Shown one piece after another: positions 1 to 9,638 of a DNA stretch of 64,000 nucleotides. Each line of letters starts with the position of its first letter. Position 1 is the stretch's first letter. The DNA lies in the IMG/VR virus record IMGVR_UViG_3300035661_000010; one strand, given 5' to 3'. The position numbers and the translations under genes are program-made. The notes under the pieces were generated by a model. That model saw only the letters and a list, made by a program, of their open reading frames with translations, was not told the DNA's origin and ran no database searches. This stretch comes from a virus.

Positions 1-814
1 CGTAAAGCGGTACGTTCGTCAGATCGTGGGCGAGGAGACGAGGAACTGGAACCTGTACTGGATGGCCCTTCGTCCAGGCGAGCACTCGTACCGAGACATG
101 GTCGGAGCGATCGCCAGCTCGAGGAAGAAGTGGGAACACAAGAACGTCTGCCGTCCGTTCAAGGAGCAGCTGAAGGCGTTCTGGGACCTCAACGAGAGCA
201 ACTACGACTTCAAGCCCGGCGAGGAGCTGATCGAAGAAACGCGCGCCGCTCTGAAGCGTGACGACATGCCATTGATCTTCAAGCTCTTCGCGGCCATCGA
301 ATGCAAGGAAGAAGACGAGACGACCTTGGCTTTCGAACATGTCCTGTGTGAAGAGGTTGAGCATCGGTTCGAAGACATGAAGAATCTCAAGTTCTTCATG
401 GAGAAGTACCCGGGGTGGACGGGGCGCGACAATTGGGAGAATCGTCTCACCATGATCGAGATGCTCACCGGCGCATGGGACAAGACCATGAACGAGTTCA
501 TCCACGATCCAGAAGGGGCCTACGAGTACGATGACGGTGCGCTTCTGAAGAAGTTCCCAGACTACGTTTACGACAAGCATCTGATTCAGGGGCAACGTCG
601 CCTGGAGAAGTACTTCGACAAAATTGGTCCGATGAAACCTATGCCAGACAAGCTCGACATGCGCTGGTCAGGTCAATTTATGGGCGTCTCTTGGAGGTAT
701 GCTGCGTACGTCCAGTTCGGCGACAACTACGTCAACGCCAGGTGGGAGGACGTGAAGTGGTCGAAGGAGTTCTGGGAGTACACGCTGTCCATGCAGAAGG
801 CTTGTGAGGGGTAA
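1..814 (+). CDS. hypothetical protein, 5' truncated by the window edge
   Basis: The frame is open from the window start, upstream of the GTG at 26, to TAA at 814. No family recognised. It is the first gene of the modification cluster. Confidence 0.75.
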   Translation, partial: VKRYVRQIVGEETRNWNLYWMALRPGEHSYRDMVGAIASSRKKWEHKNVCRPFKEQLKAFWDLNESNYDFKPGEELIEETRAALKRDDMPLIFKLFAAIECKEEDETTLAFEHVLCEEVEHRFEDMKNLKFFMEKYPGWTGRDNWENRLTMIEMLTGAWDKTMNEFIHDPEGAYEYDDGALLKKFPDYVYDKHLIQGQRRLEKYFDKIGPMKPMPDKLDMRWSGQFMGVSWRYAAYVQFGDNYVNARWEDVKWSKEFWEYTLSMQKACEG

Positions 815-817
815 AGA

Positions 818-1561
818 ATGGAACGCGTTCACGGTCTTGTCATGGTGCAGCAGCCCCAGGTCTACCCGAAGTTGCACCGAATTCATCGGTGGCTTCGAGT
901 AGAGCGATACGTCTGCATGGACGACGCGCAAGTTGATCGTCCTGGTGGTATGGCTCGCTTCAGCTTCGTGCACAACAACGAGCCGCATCGAATCTCGATT
1001 CCGATTACGGGCGGCAAGCGGGTCGCATGCAACCAGGCTAAGGTTTATCTGGACATCGGCCACATGCGAACGATCAAGGAGCACGTTCGAGTCACCCTCG
1101 GCAAGATGAAGTACGGTCAGGAGGTGAGCGAGTTCGTTGCCAAAACGCTAGACATGGCTCCACACTCGCTGTCGTTCGCCGAATGGACGGAAGCATGCAT
1201 GACGTATCTGACGATCTTGCTGTGCGAGCTGCCTGGATTCCAGGGGCCAGCCCGGTTCCTGGAGTCGAGGATTCCGTCCGTAAAGACGTCCGGTCCATCG
1301 AATCGGATCCTGAGCGTCGTGAAGCTTGTTGGGGGTACCGCGTACTACACAGGCAGTCGCGGCTCGCCCAGCCGTGACTACCTTGACGAGGTGACCTTCG
1401 CCGCTGAGGGGATCAAGATCCTGGAGCAGCAGTTTTACACGAACGACTTTCCAGTTGGTCTTGGCGACCGGACGTTTCTGGAGACCTGGGCAAGGTATGG
1501 TCTGACAGGAATGCTGGACATCCTGAATCGCGGAACGCTCGACAACAAGGAAGTCACCTGA
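818..1561 (+). CDS. WbqC-like protein (putative glycine/aminoacyl transfer onto an amino sugar)
   Basis: N-terminal QPQVYP...YVCMDDAQ...ISIPI and C-terminal RILSVVKLVGGTAYYTG...DYLDEVTFAAEGIKI...MLDILNRG follow the WbqC family pattern, in divergent form. Confidence 0.7.
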   Translation: MERVHGLVMVQQPQVYPKLHRIHRWLRVERYVCMDDAQVDRPGGMARFSFVHNNEPHRISIPITGGKRVACNQAKVYLDIGHMRTIKEHVRVTLGKMKYGQEVSEFVAKTLDMAPHSLSFAEWTEACMTYLTILLCELPGFQGPARFLESRIPSVKTSGPSNRILSVVKLVGGTAYYTGSRGSPSRDYLDEVTFAAEGIKILEQQFYTNDFPVGLGDRTFLETWARYGLTGMLDILNRGTLDNKEVT

Positions 1562-3141
1562 TGCAACGACGCGTTCTCCTTGTGCCGCAGCTCGGACTTT
1601 CTCGCGCTCGGAGCGATTCTTCCTATCAGTTCATGATGGATCTGATTCGCTCATCGAGAGAGATGGATCGGAAGTTCTTCTTCTACATGATCCTGCCAGA
1701 GTGGGCCCAGGACCCGTGGCCTGATGAGCCGAACCAGTTCACGATCACGGTGCCGATGAACAAGGACTTCTGGATGAACGAGATGATCGGCGTTCCGGCT
1801 GAGCCTCTCGCAGAAGCCTTTTGTCGTCGTGGCGGCAAGTACATCGTCGACATGCTCTACACGGAGATGGTTCGACCAAGCTGGTACATGGGGCAGGTGA
1901 TCAGTGACTATCGGTCGCGTCACAGTTTGCCAGTGTTCATCACTGATCCGATCACCATCGGCGGCTGGGTAAATCGAACATGGGAGCACCGGGTGGCGAA
2001 CGCATACTCGTACCTGCACGGGTACCCGCTTGCCACGTCGACGTTCGAGGAGAATGGCTACCGAGAGCTGGTCACTGACTTCTTCAGGCCCGCGTACATC
2101 GACAAGTTCAACCAGCGCATCCACCGGGTGCCGGTCGCGATCGACATCGCCTCGTACCAGAAGGTTAGAGACGAGGAACAAGGCAACAAGCACGAGAAGG
2201 TCTCGCTCTTCTGCGGCATGCGATTCAACGAAGACAAAGGCATCAAGTTCATCATGGATGTCTTCCGTACGCTCTACGCCAGCGGCCGTGACATCTACGT
2301 GTGCTCGACGACGGGGACCGATCAGATCAAGGGCACTCAGCAGATCCCGGACAAGGACATGTCGATGCTCAAGACGATGAAGTTCGGATGCCCTCGCGAC
2401 GAGTACGTTCAAGAAGCTGCCAGGTGCCACGTCTTCTTGTCCGCGTCGAAAGTCGAGTCGTTCGCGATGCATATCGTTGAGCAACTCACGCTCGGCCTCA
2501 TCGGAGTCCTGCCAAATGCTCAGTGGGTATGGGACTGGATCCCGAAGGAGTATCCGTTCGTCTACGAGCCTGGCGATCGCGTCGAGGCGTACACGATGAT
2601 CTCATGGGTCATGGATAACTACGAGCGGGCCTACGAGATGGCCCGACCGTTCATGGACTATGTCGCGAAGGCTTACGACTCGAAAGAATCCTCTAAAGCG
2701 ATCTTTGATGCGTTCAACCAGAGGATCGACGAGCGATTCGTTGACTACACGAAGAAGCCCCTGCGCTTCTCGAAAGGTGGCAAGTTCCGGTACCCGTTCC
2801 GCCTTGAGGTCTGTGACGCAGCAGATTCACTGGGCGAGAGCTTCTCGATGCCGCAGCTGCTCCAGGTGCTCAAGGCGCGGATGAAGGGCACAGACGTCGG
2901 CGTCTTCACCAAGCTCGGAGGACCGAGACTGGGCGTGCCTACGCTCTACGACATTCGGATGATGTTGGAGTCGTACGGTTGGACGGATGCGTGCGACGGA
3001 CCCAAGGTCAGGTTCGTGCGCGGGGACAACGTCATCGTTCCGAGCCACGCCTACGCAGATCAGATCGCTGCTGCCAAAGCAGGAAAGATTGCCCACGCCG
3101 CTGAAGCTGCTGCCGACGAAGAGGAGGATCTCGATGTATAA
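1561..3141 (+). CDS. GT-B fold glycosyltransferase (GT4/group 1-like) with C-terminal extension
   Basis: Contains CGMRFNEDKG (GRxxxxKG-like) and HVFLSASKVESFAMHIVEQLTLG (EX7E motif). Confidence 0.85.
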   Translation: MQRRVLLVPQLGLSRARSDSSYQFMMDLIRSSREMDRKFFFYMILPEWAQDPWPDEPNQFTITVPMNKDFWMNEMIGVPAEPLAEAFCRRGGKYIVDMLYTEMVRPSWYMGQVISDYRSRHSLPVFITDPITIGGWVNRTWEHRVANAYSYLHGYPLATSTFEENGYRELVTDFFRPAYIDKFNQRIHRVPVAIDIASYQKVRDEEQGNKHEKVSLFCGMRFNEDKGIKFIMDVFRTLYASGRDIYVCSTTGTDQIKGTQQIPDKDMSMLKTMKFGCPRDEYVQEAARCHVFLSASKVESFAMHIVEQLTLGLIGVLPNAQWVWDWIPKEYPFVYEPGDRVEAYTMISWVMDNYERAYEMARPFMDYVAKAYDSKESSKAIFDAFNQRIDERFVDYTKKPLRFSKGGKFRYPFRLEVCDAADSLGESFSMPQLLQVLKARMKGTDVGVFTKLGGPRLGVPTLYDIRMMLESYGWTDACDGPKVRFVRGDNVIVPSHAYADQIAAAKAGKIAHAAEAAADEEEDLDV

Positions 3142-3403
3142 GCTCGGGGAGAGAAAGCTGACCAGTACGCAGTACGAGACGTTGAAAGCGATTGATCAGT
3201 ACATCAAGACGATGGGGCATGCGCCCACGCATCATGAGCTCGCCGAGGTCATGAGGCTTCCGAATGCGCGGGCCGTAGCGAATCGTATCGACGCGCTCGT
3301 CAACAAGGGTTACCTGGATCAGACGAAGTTTCAGCCACGAGGGATTCGACCCTCGAAGAAGGCAACGTCCGAGTATCCAGAGCTGGGAAGAATTGCATCA
3401 TGA
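3134..3403 (+). CDS. LexA-type winged-HTH DNA-binding protein with no peptidase domain
   Basis: LTSTQYETLKAIDQYIKTMGHAPTHHELAEVMRL...IDALVNKGYL...PRGIR matches the LexA N-terminal domain. ATG at 3134 follows a GGAGG RBS. Confidence 0.8.
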   Translation: MYKLGERKLTSTQYETLKAIDQYIKTMGHAPTHHELAEVMRLPNARAVANRIDALVNKGYLDQTKFQPRGIRPSKKATSEYPELGRIAS

Positions 3404-4503
3404 GACCGAGTCGCAGTGACATCGAGCAGATCTTCGAAGGACGTCGCACCGTTCTGTACGCGCACGACCTCCGAGAGAGCCTGCTCATGGACAACGTGTC
3501 CCCATTGAGCTGCGACTTCACGCTTTCGGATGCTTGCCAGCACAAGTGCCACTTCTGCGTCGACGATCGCAACGAGGTTTCTGGCCCGATCATGTCCGAG
3601 GAGGACGCCTTTCGGATCTTGACGCAGCTTCGCAAGCTTGGCGTGATGAGCGTGAACTTCGAAGGCGGAGGCGAGCCAACCATCGCTCCCGCTTTCGTGG
3701 CGGCCATGCGCCATGCTCACGGCAGCGGGATGCACGTCGGGCTCATCACGAACGGCGGCATGCTTCACAAAGAGGAGATTGCAAACACGCTCCTCGACTG
3801 CGCACGCTACGTGCGCATCAGTCTCGATGCGGTGTCCCCGGAGACTCACGAGACGAGTCACGGCGTGAAGGGGCAGTTCAACAAGATCGTCGAGTCCATC
3901 AAGGAGCTCGTTCGACGTCGAGACGCGAAGACCTCGTCGCGGTCACCGTACGAAAAGCTTCCGGTGATCGGACTTGGCTACCTCATCGACGAGAACACGT
4001 TCCAGGGCATGCACCACGCCTTGGCACTTGGGGAGCATACGGGTGTCGACTACGTGTCGTATCGACCCATGCACAGCGACAAGAAGTATGGTGGGTACTA
4101 CCTTCGAGACGACATGAACTTCGCGCACTCGCAGGCGTTGAAGAGGGTCTCCGAAGTGGAGGGTGGTTCGCGAGTCTACGCAGCGATCGACTGGCCCACC
4201 TCGAAGTATGTGCCCACCAAGAAGTGTTTTGCTCACCGAGGCAAGATCACGGTAGGAGCGACGGGCGACGTCTACACGTGCTGTAACAAGCGGTACAACC
4301 AGGACTACAGCTTCGGTCAGCTCAGGCCTGACGTGCCGCTCGAGCGCCTATGGAGCGGGCCGAAGCGCAAGGACGTCATCAAGCGCCTGGAGAACGCCCT
4401 TCAGGACATGAGCCAACACTGCTCCTCTTGCAACAGCGACGATCTGAATCGAACGTATGTGGAGATGAAGCGTCCGAACCTGCATCACCGCTTCATGGGT
4501 TGA
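3400..4503 (+). CDS. radical SAM enzyme with SPASM/twitch domain
   Basis: Has CQHKCHFC (CxxxCxxC), GGGEP, ITNG and RISLD motifs, plus C-terminal C...GDVYTCC...CSSC. Confidence 0.9.
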   Translation: MRPSRSDIEQIFEGRRTVLYAHDLRESLLMDNVSPLSCDFTLSDACQHKCHFCVDDRNEVSGPIMSEEDAFRILTQLRKLGVMSVNFEGGGEPTIAPAFVAAMRHAHGSGMHVGLITNGGMLHKEEIANTLLDCARYVRISLDAVSPETHETSHGVKGQFNKIVESIKELVRRRDAKTSSRSPYEKLPVIGLGYLIDENTFQGMHHALALGEHTGVDYVSYRPMHSDKKYGGYYLRDDMNFAHSQALKRVSEVEGGSRVYAAIDWPTSKYVPTKKCFAHRGKITVGATGDVYTCCNKRYNQDYSFGQLRPDVPLERLWSGPKRKDVIKRLENALQDMSQHCSSCNSDDLNRTYVEMKRPNLHHRFMG

Positions 4504-4621
4504 AGATGGAGAAGCAGACGTCGTTGAACCTGGACTCGCAAGAGTCGATCGACATCATGACTCGCGAGGAGTTTGGGTACGCGAGAGCAGCGCTGCATAC
4601 CCAACGGAGCTTCCGCTCTCA

Positions 4622-5095
4622 ATGAACGGAGCGGTCTTCTCGGAGTCCGAGCACTATCGGTACCGATTGTGGCGTGTCTGGTCGAAGACGAAGGGTCGAG
4701 TCCTGTTCGTCATGCTCAATCCGAGCACGGCAGACTTCAAGAAGAACGACCCTACGGTTCGAAAGTGCATCATGTACGCCCAAAAGTGGGGCTATGGATC
4801 GGCCGAGGTCGTGAACATCTTCGCCTGGAGGTCTACGGACCCGAAGGCTCTCTACGACGCCAAGGACCCGGTCGGACCTGAAAACGATCGTCACATCCTC
4901 CAGGCCGCGGGCAACGCGCAGAAGATCATCTGTGCCTGGGGTGCTCACGGCGCCCTCAAAGGCCGAGGTCACAACGTGCTGCGCATGCTTCGTGATGACG
5001 GGTACCAGGTACAGGCTCTCCATCGAACGAAGGATGGACAGCCCGGACATCCCTTGTATCTCGCTGGAAGTGCGGTACCTGTCGACTTTCTATGA
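4622..5095 (+). CDS. DUF1643 family protein
   Basis: Motifs YRYRLWRVW, FVMLNPSTAD, DPTVRKC, VVNIFAWRSTDP, ICAWG and PGHPLY. Confidence 0.85.
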   Translation: MNGAVFSESEHYRYRLWRVWSKTKGRVLFVMLNPSTADFKKNDPTVRKCIMYAQKWGYGSAEVVNIFAWRSTDPKALYDAKDPVGPENDRHILQAAGNAQKIICAWGAHGALKGRGHNVLRMLRDDGYQVQALHRTKDGQPGHPLYLAGSAVPVDFL

Positions 5096-5376
5096 AAGCT
5101 GACCAGGTCGTCTGTCCACGCTGTCTCGCGAACCACGGCCACAAAGCACTCGGATGCGCTACGCCACACACGCATGCCCACATGATCTGTGGGACGTGCA
5201 ACTGGTCGTGGACGACCTACGACGTCTCATACCTGAAGCTGGAGAACGTGTTCGAGAGGTTCAGGAACGGACTCGATCCGGAGCCTGTCTTCGAGAAAAA
5301 CGACGGAACGAAAGACGAGTCGAAGTGGTGGGTGAACGACGACGGTTCGCATAGAGCGAACCCCGACGTGAGGTAA
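5092..5376 (+). CDS. small Zn-ribbon hypothetical protein
   Basis: CPRC...CGTC; coupled by an ATGA overlap. Confidence 0.55.
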   Translation: MKADQVVCPRCLANHGHKALGCATPHTHAHMICGTCNWSWTTYDVSYLKLENVFERFRNGLDPEPVFEKNDGTKDESKWWVNDDGSHRANPDVR

Positions 5377-5388
5377 GGACGAAGAGCC

Positions 5389-5841
5389 ATGGCAAGATGG
5401 AACGTTGGCGAGAAAAACGGCCAATGGAAGGGTGGTCGAACCGTAACCAAGGACGGGTACGTCTTGATCATGGTCGGAAAAGACCATCACCTCGCAGACG
5501 TTCGTGGATACGCGTACGAACATCGCCTCGTTGCGGAGAGAAAGCTTGGAAGAAGACTTCGTCGCGATGAAGAGGTTCATCACGACGATGAAAATAAGTC
5601 GAACAACAGTCCTGGCAACCTAGTCGTGACACGCGGCACCAAGAGACGACTTCGACATTTTGTTCATCATCGCACCAAGCCTTCTGTGCTGAAGAGACCA
5701 GAACAAAGAAATCGCACTGTGCTCTGCGCTTGCGGTTGCAAGACGGAGATGAAGAGGTTCGACAAGTACGGTCGACCAAGACGATTCATGCCAAGTCACA
5801 ACATGAGAGTGAGGGCACGATGGGCCAAAAAACGTCCATAG
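5389..5841 (+). CDS. HNH homing endonuclease
   Basis: WKGGR...GYAYEHRLVAERKLGRRL...EVHHDDENKSNNSPGNL; C-terminal CACGC. Confidence 0.85.
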   Translation: MARWNVGEKNGQWKGGRTVTKDGYVLIMVGKDHHLADVRGYAYEHRLVAERKLGRRLRRDEEVHHDDENKSNNSPGNLVVTRGTKRRLRHFVHHRTKPSVLKRPEQRNRTVLCACGCKTEMKRFDKYGRPRRFMPSHNMRVRARWAKKRP

Positions 5842-6632
5842 AGTGGTGCGACCATACGTTCAACCCGTGGGCTGGATGTGCGAAGATCAGTCCAGCTTGT
5901 AAGTCATGTTATGCGGAAAACATCTCGCATAGGTTCGGCTGGAATGTATGGGGCACCGAGTCCCCTCGAAGGTTCTTCGGCGATAAGCACTGGAACGAAC
6001 CGGTGAAGTGGGACCGCGCCGTCAAGGATCCCAACAAAAGACCCAAGGTCTTCTGCGCGTCGATGGCTGATGTATTCGAGCTGCGGAGCGATCTTGATGT
6101 CCACCGCGATCGCCTGTGGAAGCTGATCGAAGCTACGCCTGGCCTCGTTTGGCTGCTGCTCACGAAGCGTCCAGAGAACGTGAAGAAGATCTATGGAGAG
6201 ACGCTACGAGCCAACATGTGGCTCGGTACGACGGTCGAGAACCAGAAGTACACGTCACGCATCGAGAGCCTGTTGAGAATCAACGCTCCGGTGAGGTTTC
6301 TGTCATGTGAGCCGATGCTGGGCCCGATCGACTTCAACACGTGCGGCATTTGGCATCCGGGAATGCATGACATGTACCTGGAGGGCGTTCACTGGGTCAT
6401 AGCAGGAGGAGAGTCTGGGCCAGGAGCTCGTCAGCCAAGCCTCGACTGGTATCGAACGATCCGCGATCAGTGTGGGTACGCCAAAGTGCCGTTCTTCTTC
6501 AAGCAGCACGGTAACTGGGCGCCTGGAGCGAACGGGCTTGTGCGGCTCCGGAGTAAGAAAGACGGAGGCCGCCTACTGGATGGCGTCGAACACAACGGCG
6601 TCCCCCTCGACCAGAACGGGAATCCGCGATGA
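5820..6632 (+). CDS. DUF5131 (phage Gp37/Gp68) family protein
   Basis: TSIEWCDHTFNPWAGCAKISPACKSCYAE, VFCASMADVF, LLTKRPEN, FLSCEPMLG, WVIAGGESG and VPFFFKQ. Start reassigned to ATG 5820. Confidence 0.9.
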   Translation: MGQKTSIEWCDHTFNPWAGCAKISPACKSCYAENISHRFGWNVWGTESPRRFFGDKHWNEPVKWDRAVKDPNKRPKVFCASMADVFELRSDLDVHRDRLWKLIEATPGLVWLLLTKRPENVKKIYGETLRANMWLGTTVENQKYTSRIESLLRINAPVRFLSCEPMLGPIDFNTCGIWHPGMHDMYLEGVHWVIAGGESGPGARQPSLDWYRTIRDQCGYAKVPFFFKQHGNWAPGANGLVRLRSKKDGGRLLDGVEHNGVPLDQNGNPR

Positions 6633-7072
6633 ACCGCAACGGCATGGAGGAGTGGGAGGTCAACGTTCAGCAACGTCCGGCCCGCGAGAACCACCACCTT
6701 GTCTGTCCTGAGTGCGGCGCGAAGCTCGTTCTTCGTTCTCGTAGGGACGGGAAGTGGTTCTACGGATGCGAGATGTGGATGGACACGAAGTGCGACGGCG
6801 GGATCGGGGCGCATCCAGACGGCACACCGCTCGGGATCCCGGCGAACAAGGAGACGAAGAAGGCGAGGGTCGAGGCCCATCGATCCTTCGATCGCCTTTG
6901 CACCGAAGGGAAGATGTCGAAAGGCAAAGCCTACAAGTGGATGAAGAAGACGTTGCAGCTCGCGAACGGCATGAGCCACATCGCGATGATGACGAAGAGT
7001 CAGTGCGAGGCACTGGTGGCGGCAGTAGACACGAAGCTCGGGAAGAAGGAACAGCATGTCGACGACAGATGA
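6629..7072 (+). CDS. zinc-finger protein (DUF3268/ssl1498-like)
   Basis: CPECG...FYGC...CDGGIGAHPDGTPLGIPA...RVEAHRSFDRL...HIAMM. Confidence 0.7.
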   Translation: MNRNGMEEWEVNVQQRPARENHHLVCPECGAKLVLRSRRDGKWFYGCEMWMDTKCDGGIGAHPDGTPLGIPANKETKKARVEAHRSFDRLCTEGKMSKGKAYKWMKKTLQLANGMSHIAMMTKSQCEALVAAVDTKLGKKEQHVDDR

Positions 7073-8696
7073 AAAGGTGTACACGCTCCTCTGCCCATTC
7101 GGAGGGATTGGCGCAGGAGCCTTGGGATTCCTTCGTGCTCGGTTGAAGATGCTCGGAGTCGAGGCTCGGTGGAAGGTCATCGGCAACATCGACAACGACA
7201 AGCTTGCCTGTGAAGACTTCGAGTACCTGACGAAGTCGAAGGCCGTCTGCGCCGACATCCAGGCGATGACGGCCAAGGAGCTGATCGCTCACTTCGGTCC
7301 GGAGCCACCGGACGCTGTCTTCAGCAGCCCGCCGTGCAAGGGCTTCAGTGGTCTGCTCTCGGAGAAGCGGTCGAAGACGGACAAGTACCAGAAGATGAAC
7401 CGGCTCATCCTCGACTGGATGGAGCTGATGTTCAAGGCATGGCCAGAAGGCCCTCGGCTCGTACTCATCGAGAACGTGCCCAGGATCCAGTCACGCGGCG
7501 CTCCGCTTCTCCGCCAGATCAAGGAGATACTGAACGCGCACGGTTACGTCTGCCACGGCAGCACTCATGATTGTGGTGAGCTCGGTGGTCTCGGCCAGCA
7601 TCGTCAACGCTTCCTGCTCGTTGCTCGAAAGTATAAAAAGGTCCCTGCGATTCTGTTTCAACCGATCAAGAAGCGGGTGAAGGCGTGCGGCGAAGTCCTG
7701 GAGAAGCTGCCCATGCCGAATGATCCGGCTGGCGGCCCCATGCACGTTCTTCCAAAGGTCTCGTGGTTGAACTGGGTCCGGTTGTCCCTCATCCCAGCTG
7801 GTGGAGACTGGAGGGATCTCCCGGGCGTGCTCGAGGAAGGACAGGAGCGCCGATCCAAGTTCAAGCGTAAGGCCGTTGAGAGCTGGTACGCACCAACGGG
7901 GACGATTGGCGGACCGGGCTCGAATGGTGTCGAGAATGTCGCGGATCCGCGCGTCACGTCCATCTCGAACAGCCAGAACACTCACCAGAACAAGTACGCC
8001 ATCATCGAGTGGGACAAGGCAAGCAAGACTGTCATCGGAGCGGCGAGGCCAGGCTCAGGAGCCCTGAACGTGGCTGACCCTCGCATCCCCAAGGACATCA
8101 AGCTCAACATCGTGATGCCACCTGCGGTCTGCTACGACCATGGCTATGGGGTCCTGGACTTCTGGAATCAGCCATCCTCCACCATCGCCGCGGGGTCAGC
8201 TGTAGGTCAGGGCGCGTATTCGGTAGCTGATCCTCGCCTGATCCCGAAGGCAGAGCCGTACAAAGGAACGTACGGAGTGCTCGACTGGAAGGAGGTGGCG
8301 AAGACCGTCACCGGCAACGCTCGTCTCGATACGGGCACGTTCGCCGTGGCGGATCCGCGAGACAACCGTCCGCACTGGATTATCAACAAGCTCACGGACA
8401 AGCCACCGTTCGTCCCAGTCATCGTAGCCGAGGACGGAACGTGGCACCGACCGCTAACCACCCTGGAGCTTGCCGCCCTTCAGTCGATCCCGACAGAAGT
8501 GGACGGGAAGCCCTTGAAGCTCGCCGGGAACAGCATCTCTGGCTGGCGCGAGCGAATCGGGAACGCCGTTCCGGTGGACACGGCTGAAGCCATTGGCGTA
8601 AGGATGCTCACGGTCCTTCTGGAGAGCGATACGAACGCATTCATGCTGTCTTCTGGTGGAGCGGTATGGGTGGAGCCAGCACGGCTCGACTCGTAA
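7056..8696 (+). CDS. C5 DNA cytosine methyltransferase
   Basis: Motif I PFGGIG, motif IV SPPCKGFS, motif VI IENVP, motif VIII QHRQR, motif IX RPLTTLELAALQS and motif X IGNAVP. Confidence 0.92.
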   Translation: MSTTDEKVYTLLCPFGGIGAGALGFLRARLKMLGVEARWKVIGNIDNDKLACEDFEYLTKSKAVCADIQAMTAKELIAHFGPEPPDAVFSSPPCKGFSGLLSEKRSKTDKYQKMNRLILDWMELMFKAWPEGPRLVLIENVPRIQSRGAPLLRQIKEILNAHGYVCHGSTHDCGELGGLGQHRQRFLLVARKYKKVPAILFQPIKKRVKACGEVLEKLPMPNDPAGGPMHVLPKVSWLNWVRLSLIPAGGDWRDLPGVLEEGQERRSKFKRKAVESWYAPTGTIGGPGSNGVENVADPRVTSISNSQNTHQNKYAIIEWDKASKTVIGAARPGSGALNVADPRIPKDIKLNIVMPPAVCYDHGYGVLDFWNQPSSTIAAGSAVGQGAYSVADPRLIPKAEPYKGTYGVLDWKEVAKTVTGNARLDTGTFAVADPRDNRPHWIINKLTDKPPFVPVIVAEDGTWHRPLTTLELAALQSIPTEVDGKPLKLAGNSISGWRERIGNAVPVDTAEAIGVRMLTVLLESDTNAFMLSSGGAVWVEPARLDS

Positions 8697-8765
8697 CCTA
8701 CGTTCGTTGCATGCAAGCGTCACCGCGTTGTAGAGTTTCCTTCGTACCTACCGAAGGAACGATCG

Positions 8766-9563
8766 ATGTACAGCTCGAATGGCGTTGCACTATCAAAGTC
8801 GTGCACCGCACCCATGGTCGACAGCAGTGACCTGCTCGGGGATCAAGAGGCGCTTCGCAAGCGCTACGCAGAGGACGGCTACCTGAAGTTCTCGGGTCTG
8901 CTCCCAAAGAAGCGGGTACTCGGTATCCGGAAGCTGTACTTCGACCTGTTCAACTTCAAGTCGGATGGGTGTCCTTCACATGGAACGCCAGGCCATCCAG
9001 CTTTTTCGTTTGTTCGGTCGGAGGTCTTCGATTCGTTCGCCAAGCCAGAGGAGATGTTTCAGATCTCTGAGGCGCTCTTGCAGATAGATTCAGTGGTTCC
9101 GCTCAAGCGGAGACCGCTCCGTCACTTCAAGAAAGGACACGCTGCCTCGCGGGCGCATGCGGATCTGAGCTACGTCGATCAGGGCACCAAGGACGTCGTC
9201 ACGTTCTGGGTGCCGATCGGGGACTGTCTCGCAGATACGGGGTCTCTCACGTACCTCGAAGGATCGCACAAGATCGGCATCGACAAGCTGCGTCAGACGA
9301 TGAGCGATCGCACCGACAGTCCGAATGACAAGCGGCGCCTCAGCCACGATCTGCAAGCACTTGCGGAACGAACGGGAAGGAAATGGCTGGTCAGCGACTT
9401 CGAGGCTGGAGACGTGGTCTGCCACTCTCCGTACATCATCCATGCTTCGCTCGACTGTCGCACCGATGAACCGCGGCTATCCACGGACCTTCGCTTCGTG
9501 CGGCTCGGAGACGAGATCGACCCGCGCTGGTTGAAAGACTGGCGAGCAGACGACGGTTACTAG
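8766..9563 (+). CDS. phytanoyl-CoA dioxygenase (PhyH)-family 2OG-Fe(II) dioxygenase
   Basis: YAEDGYL, HxD (HADLSY), TFWVPIGD...GSLTYLEGSH, AGDVVCH...IIHAS and RLSTDLRF. Confidence 0.88.
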   Translation: MYSSNGVALSKSCTAPMVDSSDLLGDQEALRKRYAEDGYLKFSGLLPKKRVLGIRKLYFDLFNFKSDGCPSHGTPGHPAFSFVRSEVFDSFAKPEEMFQISEALLQIDSVVPLKRRPLRHFKKGHAASRAHADLSYVDQGTKDVVTFWVPIGDCLADTGSLTYLEGSHKIGIDKLRQTMSDRTDSPNDKRRLSHDLQALAERTGRKWLVSDFEAGDVVCHSPYIIHASLDCRTDEPRLSTDLRFVRLGDEIDPRWLKDWRADDGY

Positions 9564-9638
9564 CTATAGATCGCTCGTTTTCGAACAGAGACGGTTGTAT
9601 GAATCGGTCATGGACAAGAGTCCGGACAGGTTCTTCTG

